Below, in pieces: positions 36,547 through 46,419 of a stretch of DNA of 64,000 nt. Each line of letters opens with the position of its first letter. Positions within the stretch are counted from its first letter, which is position 1. The DNA lies in assembly GCA_040390725.1 (NCBI GenBank), contig JAZJXT010000003.1, forward strand, positions 34,502 through 98,501, written 5' to 3'. A program made the position numbers and the translations under genes. The notes beneath the pieces were generated by a model. That model saw only the letters and a program-made list of their open reading frames with translations, was not told the origin of the DNA and made no database searches. The stretch is from Patescibacteria group bacterium (lineage in GTDB: Bacteria > Patescibacteriota > Minisyncoccia > Phycocordibacterales > UBA9973).

Positions 36547-37506
36547 ATGAAAAAAATAATATACGCTTTATGTTTGATTATGATTGTTTATCTGATTTCA
36601 CCTGTAGTGGCTGAGGCTTCTTGGTGGAATCCAGTTTCTTGGTTTAAAAAAAGTACTCAATTACAAAAAACAATGTCTGTAAATAAAACAGCACCTATTG
36701 GTAAAGACACAGGGAAAGATTATGGAAAAATTGTAAATGACAGAAAGGAAAGTTCTAAAAAAGCGCTTAACACTTTACAGAAATTTTATAAAAATGAGAC
36801 TAAGGTTAAGTCTCAAGAGTCAGCTAATAAAAATACTGAACAGCAAGATATAAGTGATTCCAAAGAAAGTAAACCTAGTATTAAATTACTTTCCCCAAGC
36901 GGTGGAGAGGTGTTTTACTCTTACGATGATGATATAGAATTTAAATGGCAAACTCAAAATATTTCTCCAGAATCTGATGTGTGGGTGGGGGTTCATTTTC
37001 CTGGTACAATAATATATAGCTTAGTTACATCATCAAAAAATGATGGCATTGAGAAGATTTTTGGAACAGCTAATGAATTTAACGAAGGACCCGCAATTAT
37101 ATCTATAGAAGCTACAGACTCAAAAGGTAATGTTATTGCTAGGGATGAATCTACAGTTTCATATAAAATAAATAAACGTACTTCTTCGGGTATTGTAAAT
37201 ATAATTTCTCCAACACCAGGAGCTGTGTATAATCAGGGAGACCAAATCACTATTGATTTTAACACAGATAGCAGGCTTTTAGATTATGGATATAATAAGG
37301 TAAGTGTGGATTTAGGCAGTCCAGATACCTCTTTTAATAAAATATATTATTTTCCTTTTTCAAATTCTATAACTCTTACTGTGCCAAATTATTCAGGTAG
37401 GATTAATGTTGGTATTTTTGTTAGCAAAGACGGTAAAAGTACTGAAAACGTTGATTTTAATAAAGGAATGGTTGCAATAGGAGGAACATTTATTAATGTA
37501 AATTAA
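36547..37506 (+). CDS. Secreted protein with two Ig-like (Ser/Thr-rich type) domains
   Basis: Signal peptide + ASWWNPVSWF; repeats IKLLSPSGGE and VNIISPTPGA. Confidence 0.65.
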   Translation: MKKIIYALCLIMIVYLISPVVAEASWWNPVSWFKKSTQLQKTMSVNKTAPIGKDTGKDYGKIVNDRKESSKKALNTLQKFYKNETKVKSQESANKNTEQQDISDSKESKPSIKLLSPSGGEVFYSYDDDIEFKWQTQNISPESDVWVGVHFPGTIIYSLVTSSKNDGIEKIFGTANEFNEGPAIISIEATDSKGNVIARDESTVSYKINKRTSSGIVNIISPTPGAVYNQGDQITIDFNTDSRLLDYGYNKVSVDLGSPDTSFNKIYYFPFSNSITLTVPNYSGRINVGIFVSKDGKSTENVDFNKGMVAIGGTFINVN

Positions 37507-37563
37507 GAATTAGCGAGGGATATCTTTCTGTCACTATTTTATAAATAGGGGATATGGTTAATT

Positions 37564-38229
37564 TTATTTCAAAACTTGACTCAAAAAAGTAGTTAATTCT
37601 TCGCCTTTGATTTCACGCAATTGATTTGGGGTGAGTTTGGCGAGTTTTATGTTCATAATTCTAACACGTTTAAGGTCAGCGACTTCTTGGAATAAGGCAG
37701 AGCACATGCGACGGATTTGGTGTTTCTTGCCTTCGGTTAAAGTGACTCTAAAAGTATTTTCGTTTACTATTTCCACTTTGCATTTTTTTGTATTGTAGCC
37801 TTCGATATTTACGCCGGCTTCCATTTTTTGTTTGAAATTTGAGCGTAGATTTTTGGAAGTTTTGACGACGTATTCTTTTTCGTGAACATATTTTGGATTT
37901 AAAAGTTTGTCGGTTATGCGTCCGTCATTTGTCAGAATCATCAACCCATGTGAAGCTTTGTCGAGCCTGCCTAAAGGGAAGAGGTCTTCTCTGGGTGAGC
38001 CTGTTTCAATACCGACTGGTTTATTGTAAGCATAGTACATATAAACTTTAGGATTTTTGTTTCCTTTTACTTCTACTTTGTCAGATTCATTTACTTTGTC
38101 GCCGAGTTTGGCTATTTTGCCGTTGATAAAAACGAGCTTTTTTTCTATAAGCTCGTCTGCGCCTCGACGTGTGCTTATATTTTTATAAGCCAAGTATTTA
38201 TTTATTCGCATTGGGTAAATGTTTTCCAT
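37564..38229 (-). CDS. RsuA/RluB/RluF-family rRNA pseudouridine synthase
   Basis: S4 domain RINKYLA..RR.AD; GRLDK; LTNDG; EGKKHQIRRM. Confidence 0.92.
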   Translation of the reverse strand: MENIYPMRINKYLAYKNISTRRGADELIEKKLVFINGKIAKLGDKVNESDKVEVKGNKNPKVYMYYAYNKPVGIETGSPREDLFPLGRLDKASHGLMILTNDGRITDKLLNPKYVHEKEYVVKTSKNLRSNFKQKMEAGVNIEGYNTKKCKVEIVNENTFRVTLTEGKKHQIRRMCSALFQEVADLKRVRIMNIKLAKLTPNQLREIKGEELTTFLSQVLK

Positions 38230-38231
38230 TG

Positions 38232-38303
38232 TGCTCCCGTGAGGAATCGAACCTCAATCACAAACTCCGCAAGCTTGCATTCTATCCGTTGAACTACGGG
38301 AGC
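38232..38303 (-). tRNA. tRNA-Arg(GCG)
   Basis: GCTCCCGTAGTTCAACGGATAGAATG-CAAGC-TTGCGGA-GTTTG...GGTTCGATTCC...CGGGAGCA. Confidence 0.93.
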
Positions 38304-38372
38304 AGTACCAACCTTTAGAGATTAGCAGTTTTCGGGAATAAAATCCACTTTAATTTATTTTTGGTTTAAAGT

Positions 38373-38837
38373 TTAGAAACCCAAAGAGTCCATTATTTTT
38401 TCGGAAATGTGCCCCTTCATTTCTTCTTCGGGTATATTTTTTGATAGCATGAGATTTTTTATTTTTTCTATTTGAGTGTATTCTAGCGTGATTGTCATTA
38501 CCGGCATAAACATGCGTCCTGATTTTAGAAAAAGAGTAGGTTTTGTCTCGGTACTTATATAGAAAGATTTTATTTTTTCATAAGGATAAAAATCGGTGTT
38601 TATTTTTAAACCTTTTTCTCCCAATTCATAAAAAATCATGTCGGGTTTTTTGATAGCAAAATATCCTAACATTAGTCCGCCTAGAACGAGAAGAATTGCA
38701 AAAAAATAATTTTCATAAATAATAGCTGCTGCACTACTGGCAATAACTATAACTCCGAGCGCCCAAAACCAATCAGTGCTTCGTTTTTTGTCTTCGTATT
38801 CTAGCTCTTGCCATTTTATTGTTTCACCCTCATTCAT
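38373..38837 (-). CDS. Conserved CPR-type membrane protein (2 TM + PH-like domain)
   Basis: W...EY..K.RSTDWFW, two TM, YPYEKIKSF. Confidence 0.7.
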   Translation of the reverse strand: MNEGETIKWQELEYEDKKRSTDWFWALGVIVIASSAAAIIYENYFFAILLVLGGLMLGYFAIKKPDMIFYELGEKGLKINTDFYPYEKIKSFYISTETKPTLFLKSGRMFMPVMTITLEYTQIEKIKNLMLSKNIPEEEMKGHISEKIMDSLGF

Positions 38838-38871
38838 AATTTAATTATAACAAATGCATTTTATTTACACA

Positions 38872-38905
38872 AACAAAAACCCCGCTATCTAGCGGGGTTT
38901 TTGTT
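38872..38905. terminator. Intrinsic terminator
   Basis: AACAAAAACCCCGCTA/TAGCGGGGTTTTTGTT. Confidence 0.85.
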
Positions 38906-38914
38906 GATTATTTA

Positions 38915-39766
38915 TTAATTACCATCATGAGTGCCAGTCGGCTCTTTTTCATTATCATGATCAGTGTCTCCTTTTATTTCTGTTGGCTGATTTTGCATTG
39001 ATTGTTTTAACGTTGCTTTAGCTTGTTCGAGGCCTGTTTTAAAAGCGTCTTGAGCTGTTTTTATCGCTTGTTTTCTGGTTTCCATTAATGCTTTTTGAGT
39101 ATCGTTACTCTTAGTAGCGTTGAGGGTAGTTCTGTCTGTTTTCATTTTTTGGTCGGCAGTTTTTTTAGCTAAATCAAAATTTGTTTTTACTGTTTTTGCG
39201 TCAACTCCTCCTGCACAGTCTGTTTTAGCTTTTGCTAAAGCATCAGTGATTGCAGTTTTGTGTGCTGTTGTTATTGCTAGCAATGCTGTTTTTCTATCAT
39301 TCATAGATACTGTTGCTCCATCACGGAAAGCTTTAACTGCGGCATCAACTGCGTCTTTTCTAGTTTTTATTAATGCATCTACTGTTGTTTGAAAAGTATT
39401 TAATACAACAGCGTTTACATTTACTTTATTACCCATCTTTGCCATTTTGCTTGCTCTTTTTGCATCAGCTTGCGCGCGTCTATCATCAAGCTTACTGTCA
39501 TTATTTGTCCAGTTGTCCTTTATTCTGGACAATGCTTCGTCTTTTCTAGAATTTATTTTTGCATTTTGGTCTTCTGTTTTAGTAAGCCTGGTTTCAAGCA
39601 TTGATAAGTTGTCGCAAAAATTTCCCTTCACTTCTTTTTTGCCCATATCCATGCTTTGTACATCAGTAGTACCTTCTGCTAATGCAAAAGCCGGGCTCAT
39701 AATGGAAAGCATCATCATACCTGAAACACCCACACCTACAAATTTTTTATAATTTTTGTAATTCAT
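38915..39766 (-). CDS. Secreted alpha-helical/coiled-coil protein
   Basis: Signal peptide (SPAFALA), Ala/Lys/Thr-rich helices, AKTDC motif. Confidence 0.75.
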   Translation of the reverse strand: MNYKNYKKFVGVGVSGMMMLSIMSPAFALAEGTTDVQSMDMGKKEVKGNFCDNLSMLETRLTKTEDQNAKINSRKDEALSRIKDNWTNNDSKLDDRRAQADAKRASKMAKMGNKVNVNAVVLNTFQTTVDALIKTRKDAVDAAVKAFRDGATVSMNDRKTALLAITTAHKTAITDALAKAKTDCAGGVDAKTVKTNFDLAKKTADQKMKTDRTTLNATKSNDTQKALMETRKQAIKTAQDAFKTGLEQAKATLKQSMQNQPTEIKGDTDHDNEKEPTGTHDGN

Positions 39767-39889
39767 AATATTTTTTAAGTTATTTTAATAATTTTTTTTT
39801 AATAAAACTAAATTAAGCTTATAATTTCGACTATTTAAACGGTAAAAATACCTATTTTCTATAATAGCACTTTGTAAATTTTTTGCGAG

Positions 39890-40690
39890 TTATTTCCTGT
39901 ATTGCCTTATTTCATCGCGTAATTTTTGCGCTTCTTCTTTTGGATTTTCAGAGAAGATAATATTGCGGGCGGAGTGGATTATTAACCCTCGTCCTTTACT
40001 ATTTTGTCCTGCTTGCATAATTTCTTTTATGCTTCCTCCTTGTGCACCTATACCAGGCACGAGGAAAGTCATATCACCGGTAATTTCACGAATTTTTTTC
40101 ATTTCTTCGGGATATGTAGCACCAACAGCTAGTATGCAATTTTGATTAGTGTTCCATTTATTTGTTACGCTTTCCGCCATTATTTGCCAAAGAGGTTTAC
40201 CGTCAATTATTAGATTTTGGAATTCTCTGGAATCAGGATTGGAATTTCGACACATTATTATGCAACCTTTTTCTTTTCTTTCCAAGAATGGCATAAGCGA
40301 TTCGATGCCTAAATAAGGATGTAATGTAATAGAGTCAAAATTTAGCCAATCAAAAGCGAATGCCACATAGCCATTGTTGGTATTGCCTATATCTCCGCGC
40401 TTGGCGTCAAAAATTGTAAAGATGCTAGGATGATTTTGGTTTAAATAGTCAATCGTCATTTTGAGCTCGTGTATGCCTTGTTCTCCACGTGCTTCATAAA
40501 AAGCGCTATTTATTTTAAAACTCGCTGCATATTCATTTGTTTCTTCGATAATCCATTTATTAAATTCAAATTGCGGAAATTGCATATCTAAAAAACGTTT
40601 TGGAATTTTATTGAAATCAGCATCGAGGCCCACACAGAGGAGGGAATTTACATCTTCTACTCTTTTATCAAATTTTTTTATTGGATTCAT
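39890..40690 (-). CDS. pyrF: Orotidine-5'-phosphate decarboxylase
   Basis: LCVGLD, DAKRGDIGNT, VGATYP, LVPGIGAQGG. Confidence 0.95.
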   Translation of the reverse strand: MNPIKKFDKRVEDVNSLLCVGLDADFNKIPKRFLDMQFPQFEFNKWIIEETNEYAASFKINSAFYEARGEQGIHELKMTIDYLNQNHPSIFTIFDAKRGDIGNTNNGYVAFAFDWLNFDSITLHPYLGIESLMPFLERKEKGCIIMCRNSNPDSREFQNLIIDGKPLWQIMAESVTNKWNTNQNCILAVGATYPEEMKKIREITGDMTFLVPGIGAQGGSIKEIMQAGQNSKGRGLIIHSARNIIFSENPKEEAQKLRDEIRQYRK

Positions 40691-41310
40691 ATATTTTTTT
40701 CTAAAAATTTTTTACCATGTCCAACTTTTATATTTATTGGTACACCATTTTTACATAATGGACATTCTTCTGCTGTGTACATTGTTATTTCATATTCACT
40801 TAATGAATCAAAAGTATCTCCCAGCATTTTTTTGTTTACAACTGTTGGATTTTTGTTTACCATCACGCATACGCCTACTATTATTCCGTCATTTTGTTTT
40901 ACTGCATTGATTGTTTTTAAAACCGATCCACCGGTGGTGACTATGTCTTCGATAATTAAAACTTTTTTTCCTTTTACGTATTCGTCATATCCTCGGGTGA
41001 AAACCTGATTTTTTTCTGCATCTTTTTCTGTATAAATTCCTAAGACTTCTTTGCCGGTTAATTTTGTCAGATGATACGCAGTCCATTGTGATAAAATTAT
41101 CCCGCCCAAAGCCGGCGCGACGACTATCTCCACATCAGCATCTTTGTATTTTTCCGCGAAAAGTTTACCCATTTCTGAAGCGTATTGTGTGTGCGGATAC
41201 AAAGCGTCTTTATTTATATAAGTATCAAAATGAAGCCCTGAAGTACCCACAAAATGACTATTTTCTAGCATTGCTCCAGATTTCTTTAATATTTCGATTG
41301 CTTCATTCAC
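40687..41310 (-). CDS. pyrE: Orotate phosphoribosyltransferase
   Basis: HFVGTSGLH, PALGGI, IIEDIVTTGGS; overlaps pyrF. Confidence 0.9.
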   Translation of the reverse strand: MNEAIEILKKSGAMLENSHFVGTSGLHFDTYINKDALYPHTQYASEMGKLFAEKYKDADVEIVVAPALGGIILSQWTAYHLTKLTGKEVLGIYTEKDAEKNQVFTRGYDEYVKGKKVLIIEDIVTTGGSVLKTINAVKQNDGIIVGVCVMVNKNPTVVNKKMLGDTFDSLSEYEITMYTAEECPLCKNGVPINIKVGHGKKFLEKNI

Positions 41311-41474
41311 AGATGTATTATATTAGATTTATGAAAAATATCGCTCTTGACAAATTTATGTATTTATATAGACTTATAAATGAATTTCCAGCTTATATAT
41401 TATATTATGCTGGAGCTCAAAAGGAGTTAGCTGAAAATCCTTTAAAGAGTAAGCATGTTCATTAATTTATCGTT

Positions 41475-41927
41475 ATGGCCGTAAGAGTAGCTATGTTTGG
41501 TGCCGGGAATTCCTGGCGCAAAAAATTTAAGTCGGAATATGAAAAACACGGTATTCCATTTTATGATATTTTGAAAAATTCAAAAAATATAATGAAATAC
41601 ATAGAATATCCTGTCATTGTTTGTCCTGTGTCCGGGGAGGACTATGGTTTTGATGCTATAGCTCAGGTGGATTTCTTTATTTCCAAACTAACGGAAATGC
41701 CGGGTGGGTACGGAAGAGATGTTTGTTTTTTTATTGAGAGAAAGCTCGACGAAAAATTAAAAAATACATTTCTAAGAAGGTTATCCGACCATGCTCGTGC
41801 CCGTGTTGTTCACACCTTAAAAAAAGTAATTACGAATAAGAAGGTAAACGTAAATGCTAATATTCATCTCATTGATTCAATGGATGAGTTGCTGGACTTT
41901 AGTATTCGTTTAGCGAACTATAGGTAG
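41475..41927 (+). CDS. Hypothetical protein, distantly nucleoside 2-deoxyribosyltransferase-like
   Basis: MFGAGNSWR...GIPFY pattern; upstream TTGACA at 41347. Confidence 0.45.
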   Translation: MAVRVAMFGAGNSWRKKFKSEYEKHGIPFYDILKNSKNIMKYIEYPVIVCPVSGEDYGFDAIAQVDFFISKLTEMPGGYGRDVCFFIERKLDEKLKNTFLRRLSDHARARVVHTLKKVITNKKVNVNANIHLIDSMDELLDFSIRLANYR

Positions 41928-41997
41928 TGAAAGAACTGTCTAAATAAAAAAACACGCATGGATTTTATTTCTATACGTGTTTTATTTTTGTAAATTT

Positions 41998-43029
41998 TTA
42001 AATTCCGTCCATCAATCCTTGACAGATATCGCGGACGATGCCTGGGCCTTCGTATATGAAGCCGGTGTATATTTGTACTAATGATGCGCCGGCGCGGAGC
42101 TTTTCTTCAGCATCAGTGGAAGTGAATATTCCACCGGAAGCGATGATAGTTATTTTGCCTTTGCTTTTTGTGTGGATATATTTTATTACTTCTGTGGAAC
42201 TTTCTCGTAGGGGTATTCCGCTTACTCCGCCATTGCCCATTTCTGCGACTTCTCTGGGTGGAGTTTTTAATCCTATTCTGTTTAGTGTAGTGTTGGTAGC
42301 CACGATGCCATGCAATTCTGTTTTTTCTACCACTTCGATAATGTCATCGAGTTGTTCAGGGGAAAGGTCGGGAGATATTTTTAATAAGATTGGCTTTAGT
42401 TTCGCTTGTTTTTTATTTAATTCTTGCAGTTTGCTCAGTAATTCTTGCAAGGGTTGTTTATCTTGCAGTTCTCGCAGGCCGGGAGTATTTGGACTGCTGA
42501 CATTTATTACAAAATAATCCACGACATCATATAATTCCAAAAAACATTTTTCATAATCTTCATACGCTTTTTCATTCGGTGTATTTTTATTTTTCCCGAT
42601 ATTTCCACCGATGATTATTTTTTCATTTTTATTTTTTAATCTTGATGCTATTTTTTTTACTCCATCATTATTGAACCCCATTCTATTTATGAGCGCTCGG
42701 TCATGAGGCAGTCTAAAAAGTCGAGGGACAGGGTTGCCATCTTGAGGTATAGGGGTGACAGTGCCTATTTCAATAAAACCAAAACCCAGGCATGACAAAG
42801 AATCAGTATGTCTGGCATTTTTATCAAAACCAGCAGCGAGCCCGACAGGGTTTGGAAAAGTTATACCCCACAATGTGCGCTCTAGGGTTTTGTCTTTTAT
42901 GTCAAAAGAAGACCTCAACCATGCGCGTCCAAATGGAAGATAATAAACAAAAGAAAGCATTTTCATTGCATAGTGATGGGCTCTTTCCGGGTCTGTTTTT
43001 AATAATATTTTATGAAAATACTTATACAT
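41998..43029 (-). CDS. pyrD: Quinone-dependent (class 2) dihydroorotate dehydrogenase
   Basis: PERAH, NPVGLAAGFDKN, NRMGFNN, NVSSPNTPGLR, KISPDL. Confidence 0.95.
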   Translation of the reverse strand: MYKYFHKILLKTDPERAHHYAMKMLSFVYYLPFGRAWLRSSFDIKDKTLERTLWGITFPNPVGLAAGFDKNARHTDSLSCLGFGFIEIGTVTPIPQDGNPVPRLFRLPHDRALINRMGFNNDGVKKIASRLKNKNEKIIIGGNIGKNKNTPNEKAYEDYEKCFLELYDVVDYFVINVSSPNTPGLRELQDKQPLQELLSKLQELNKKQAKLKPILLKISPDLSPEQLDDIIEVVEKTELHGIVATNTTLNRIGLKTPPREVAEMGNGGVSGIPLRESSTEVIKYIHTKSKGKITIIASGGIFTSTDAEEKLRAGASLVQIYTGFIYEGPGIVRDICQGLMDGI

Positions 43030-43116
43030 GCTGCTTATTATAGCATGATATGTTTTCATGTGTTATGCTGTAATGGTTAAATTAGTTTATTATTATATTA
43101 ATTTTAAATATTTTTT

Positions 43117-43740
43117 ATGAAAAATAAAATTTCAAATAGTTTATCAATATGTATTGTTGTCGCAGTCGTCGTTTTGTTTTCTTATTTTTTTATTCATAAA
43201 AGTAAAAAAGAAGAAATGGCAATGAATCAAGTAGCATCACTAGCAGGAATGCAGACGGGGTATTTTCCATGGAAAGCAGAAAGAGAACACCTTCGTGAGC
43301 GCTTGGACAGCATAGGTTTGCCTGCATTATCAGAAGAGGGTGTGGCATTGCATATTCATCAACACTTGGATATTTTTATAGATGGAAAATCAGTATCTAT
43401 TCCTGAATACATAGGTATAGATGCTATGGAAAAGTTTATTTCTATAATTCACACGCACGATACTTCTGGAATGATTCACGTAGAATCACCAAAAGTTGAT
43501 AAATTTACATTAGGACAATTTTTTGATATTTGGGGTGTGAGTTTGACACAAAATTCTATTGGCGGATATGCAAATCAAAATGATAAAATGTTAAAAGTTT
43601 TTGTAAATGGAAAAGAAATCACAACAGACCCGCGTGAATTAGCGCTCGAAGCTCATCAAGAAATAGTGATAACTTATGGAACTGAAAAAGAAATTCCTAA
43701 TCCTATCCCAAGTAAGTATGATTTCCCAGAGGGGGAGTAG
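43117..43740 (+). CDS. Membrane-anchored protein with His-rich metal-binding motifs
   Basis: N-terminal TM; HIHQHL, IHTHDTSG.IHVE, TLGQFFDIWG. Confidence 0.75.
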   Translation: MKNKISNSLSICIVVAVVVLFSYFFIHKSKKEEMAMNQVASLAGMQTGYFPWKAEREHLRERLDSIGLPALSEEGVALHIHQHLDIFIDGKSVSIPEYIGIDAMEKFISIIHTHDTSGMIHVESPKVDKFTLGQFFDIWGVSLTQNSIGGYANQNDKMLKVFVNGKEITTDPRELALEAHQEIVITYGTEKEIPNPIPSKYDFPEGE

Positions 43741-43908
43741 CATTTTAATCTAGGAAATAAATGATTGACTTTTGACGTGGAAACTGTAAAGTTACAGCAA
43801 ATGCTCTTTGAATGTGAGGTTAATAAGTTAAGAAATCGCCCTCGGTGTCAGTGCTTTAATCCAGCCTTGGTTCTTAGCGCGATTTTTTAACCTTTAATCT
43901 ATATAACA

Positions 43909-44427
43909 ATGAAAGACAAAACGTTTAAGATCAGAAACTCCCATGGAGAAGTGGTGGAATTTAGAGTTCCCCGTATGTTTAGTTTTAAAAAGGCCTACTC
44001 GAAGCTTTTAAAAAATTATACAAAAACAATCAGAGAACTTCGCAGTTTTCTGATTCAAGTTATGGAGGAATCCGGTATCGTTCTGCCAGAAAACAATGTT
44101 TCACTCTCCGATATTCGTGTTGATGATACGGGGTATTATTTTGAAATTTTTTCTTCTCTGGACGAAGGAACAATGATGATGAAGGTTTCGATAAATGAGT
44201 GGGGTGAATGTAAAATCCAATTCCTGAAGTATTTTTTTGATCCTGAGGAAAGAAAAAAGGAACACAAGTTTAAAATAAATGATGATTATATACAAAAAGT
44301 CTCTCAAATATTTTACCTGGAACAAAGCTTCAGGCCAATTGATACAATTATCTCTTTGGCTGGAGAAATTACAAAATTCTTCCAGCTCGAGATAGACAGA
44401 GTTGCTATTACAAGCAACTACAACTAA
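43909..44427 (+). CDS. Hypothetical protein
   Basis: 172-aa ORF; promoter TTGACT 43765, boxA-like TGCTCTTTGAA 43802-43812, terminator 44448-44482. Confidence 0.65.
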   Translation: MKDKTFKIRNSHGEVVEFRVPRMFSFKKAYSKLLKNYTKTIRELRSFLIQVMEESGIVLPENNVSLSDIRVDDTGYYFEIFSSLDEGTMMMKVSINEWGECKIQFLKYFFDPEERKKEHKFKINDDYIQKVSQIFYLEQSFRPIDTIISLAGEITKFFQLEIDRVAITSNYN

Positions 44428-44542
44428 AAAATATTGTATTTTATTAAAAATCCGCGATTATTAAACGCGGATTTATTTTTTGTATTTTTAACAGTATAGT
44501 ATACTTAGGTTGTTAAGTTTTTATATAGTTTTCTTTTTTTAT

Positions 44543-45130
44543 ATGTATATTATTTTGCATCAAATAGGAATATTTTTAAGTTTTTCCAAGTATGTTTTGG
44601 TATTTTTAGGTTGTATAGTTGAAGGCCCGATAGTGATGATGACTAGCGGGTTCTTGCTTCGCACGGGTCAATTTAATTTTTGGCCTTTGTATTTTTGTTT
44701 AGTAGGAGGGGATTTTGTGGCGGATATCGGTTGGTATTTTGTCGGGCGTTATGCGGCTAGGAAAATGCTTTTTAAAATTGGTGGATTTTTTGGTATTACT
44801 CCAGAGATTGTTGAAAAAATAGAACATCGCTTTAGGAAACATCAGGATAAAATTTTATTTATTTCGAAAATTACAATGGGCTTTGGTTTTGCTCTGGCGA
44901 CATTGCTCGTAGCAGGTATTTTACGCGTGCCTTTCAAACGGTATGTTTTTCTAAATCTTTTTGGTGGTTTTATTTGGACGGCATTTCTGATAACAGTCGG
45001 GTACTTTTTCGGAAATGTTTACACACTTCTCTCCGGGCCGTTTAAAATTTTATTTATAGCAGTTATAATTTGCGGAGGTATATTATCCCTAAGGGCTATA
45101 AACAAATATTTAATTAAAAAAGATATTTAA
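44543..45130 (+). CDS. DedA family membrane protein
   Basis: EGP...GFL, D..WYFVGR, AGILRVPFKRY..N..W. Confidence 0.88.
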   Translation: MYIILHQIGIFLSFSKYVLVFLGCIVEGPIVMMTSGFLLRTGQFNFWPLYFCLVGGDFVADIGWYFVGRYAARKMLFKIGGFFGITPEIVEKIEHRFRKHQDKILFISKITMGFGFALATLLVAGILRVPFKRYVFLNLFGGFIWTAFLITVGYFFGNVYTLLSGPFKILFIAVIICGGILSLRAINKYLIKKDI

Positions 45131-45192
45131 AAAATTATAAAATAGCAAAAAGAAAAACCTTAACAGAAGTTTTATTTTCTGTTAAGGTTTCA

Positions 45193-45438
45193 TTAGTCTT
45201 TTGACATTGTAAATGCTCCCGCGATGCATATTATAAAAAATATCACTACAAAAAAAATCCCCATTAACCCTACCCAATTTACTGGGGGATAAATGGTTAA
45301 ATGCCGAAAGTTTCGGCTTACCTCAGTGGGGAACAAATGGGGGTAGCCAAAAAATAGGGCAGACATGGTGGTAAGGCCACCAACGCCTATCACTAAAAAT
45401 ACTAACCTAGTGATGAGGTCTTTTATTGCTGACAACAT
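45193..45438 (-). CDS. Small 2-TM hypothetical protein
   Basis: Two hydrophobic segments; upstream TTGACT-N17-TATAAT (45559-45531) and AGTTCTTTAAAA. Confidence 0.55.
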   Translation of the reverse strand: MLSAIKDLITRLVFLVIGVGGLTTMSALFFGYPHLFPTEVSRNFRHLTIYPPVNWVGLMGIFFVVIFFIICIAGAFTMSKD

Positions 45439-45605
45439 ATATATTGGGTTTAAAGATTTCCACAAATCTCAATAAAAGAGCTGTGGGAACCCTTAAAACC
45501 AATTTTTTAAAGAACTAAATCTACCTTTATATTATATACCCTTTTTGTAAAAAAGTCAAGGCTAAATAGGTAATACTATAAAATAAGCTTTAAAATAGAG
45601 GTCTT

Positions 45606-46226
45606 TTAGATATTTAAAATTGTAAAAAAAATGGAGCCCAAAGGTAGGCTCCAGTTGTTTTCGTGTTCTCTTTTTTTAAATTTCCACTCCGGGTGGTTTT
45701 TCTCAATCCATTTTCTTTGATCAAGACGTTCGTTAGCTCCATCGTAGATTACGAGTCCAGCCCATATTAATAATAAAAATAATCCAATTATTTTTTGTAA
45801 ATTATTTCCATAATGCCAATAGACAGGCAAGATGGTAATAATTAAATAAAGAAATATTTGTACTATGAATATAGCATGCCACAAATCCATGACTTCCTGG
45901 GGTTTTGTTGCGGCTGTATAAATCATGGACATTATGAAACCAAATAAAGCAACACCGAAATGAAATGCCTTGCTTTCCATCCAGTTAGCAGGGCTAAAAT
46001 ACCATTGCTTTATAATGTTTGTTGCTATCAAAATAAAGATAGCTAGTCCCATATCCCCAAATCTGGATGAATAGGCAACATCATAACCTGCGCCTTCAAA
46101 ATACCAGCGCCCTATCCAGAGCATTGAGTATAAAAGTCCATAAATTAATATTAGCACCCAAGTGGGGGTTGATTTTAGGAAGTAATGGCTTCCGAATAAA
46201 TCATTGCTTTTTCTGAGTTTTAACAT
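45606..46226 (-). CDS. Multi-TM hypothetical protein
   Basis: About 5 TM segments; upstream TTGACA-N18-TATGTT and AGCTCTTTGAAA. Confidence 0.7.
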   Translation of the reverse strand: MLKLRKSNDLFGSHYFLKSTPTWVLILIYGLLYSMLWIGRWYFEGAGYDVAYSSRFGDMGLAIFILIATNIIKQWYFSPANWMESKAFHFGVALFGFIMSMIYTAATKPQEVMDLWHAIFIVQIFLYLIITILPVYWHYGNNLQKIIGLFLLLIWAGLVIYDGANERLDQRKWIEKNHPEWKFKKREHENNWSLPLGSIFFTILNI

Positions 46227-46419
46227 AAGGATTTAATTAAGTGGACGGAAAAGACTTTAATATATAAAATATAGAAAAAATCTACTCTGTCCACCCAATA
46301 AAATCAATTTCAAAGAGCTAATGCTGTTTTAAACATAGCATATTAAATATGCATTTGTCAACGCAGGCGCAAGTAAAAAATATGCTAAACTGAAGTGGTA
46401 TTTCAGTAAATCATTTTTT

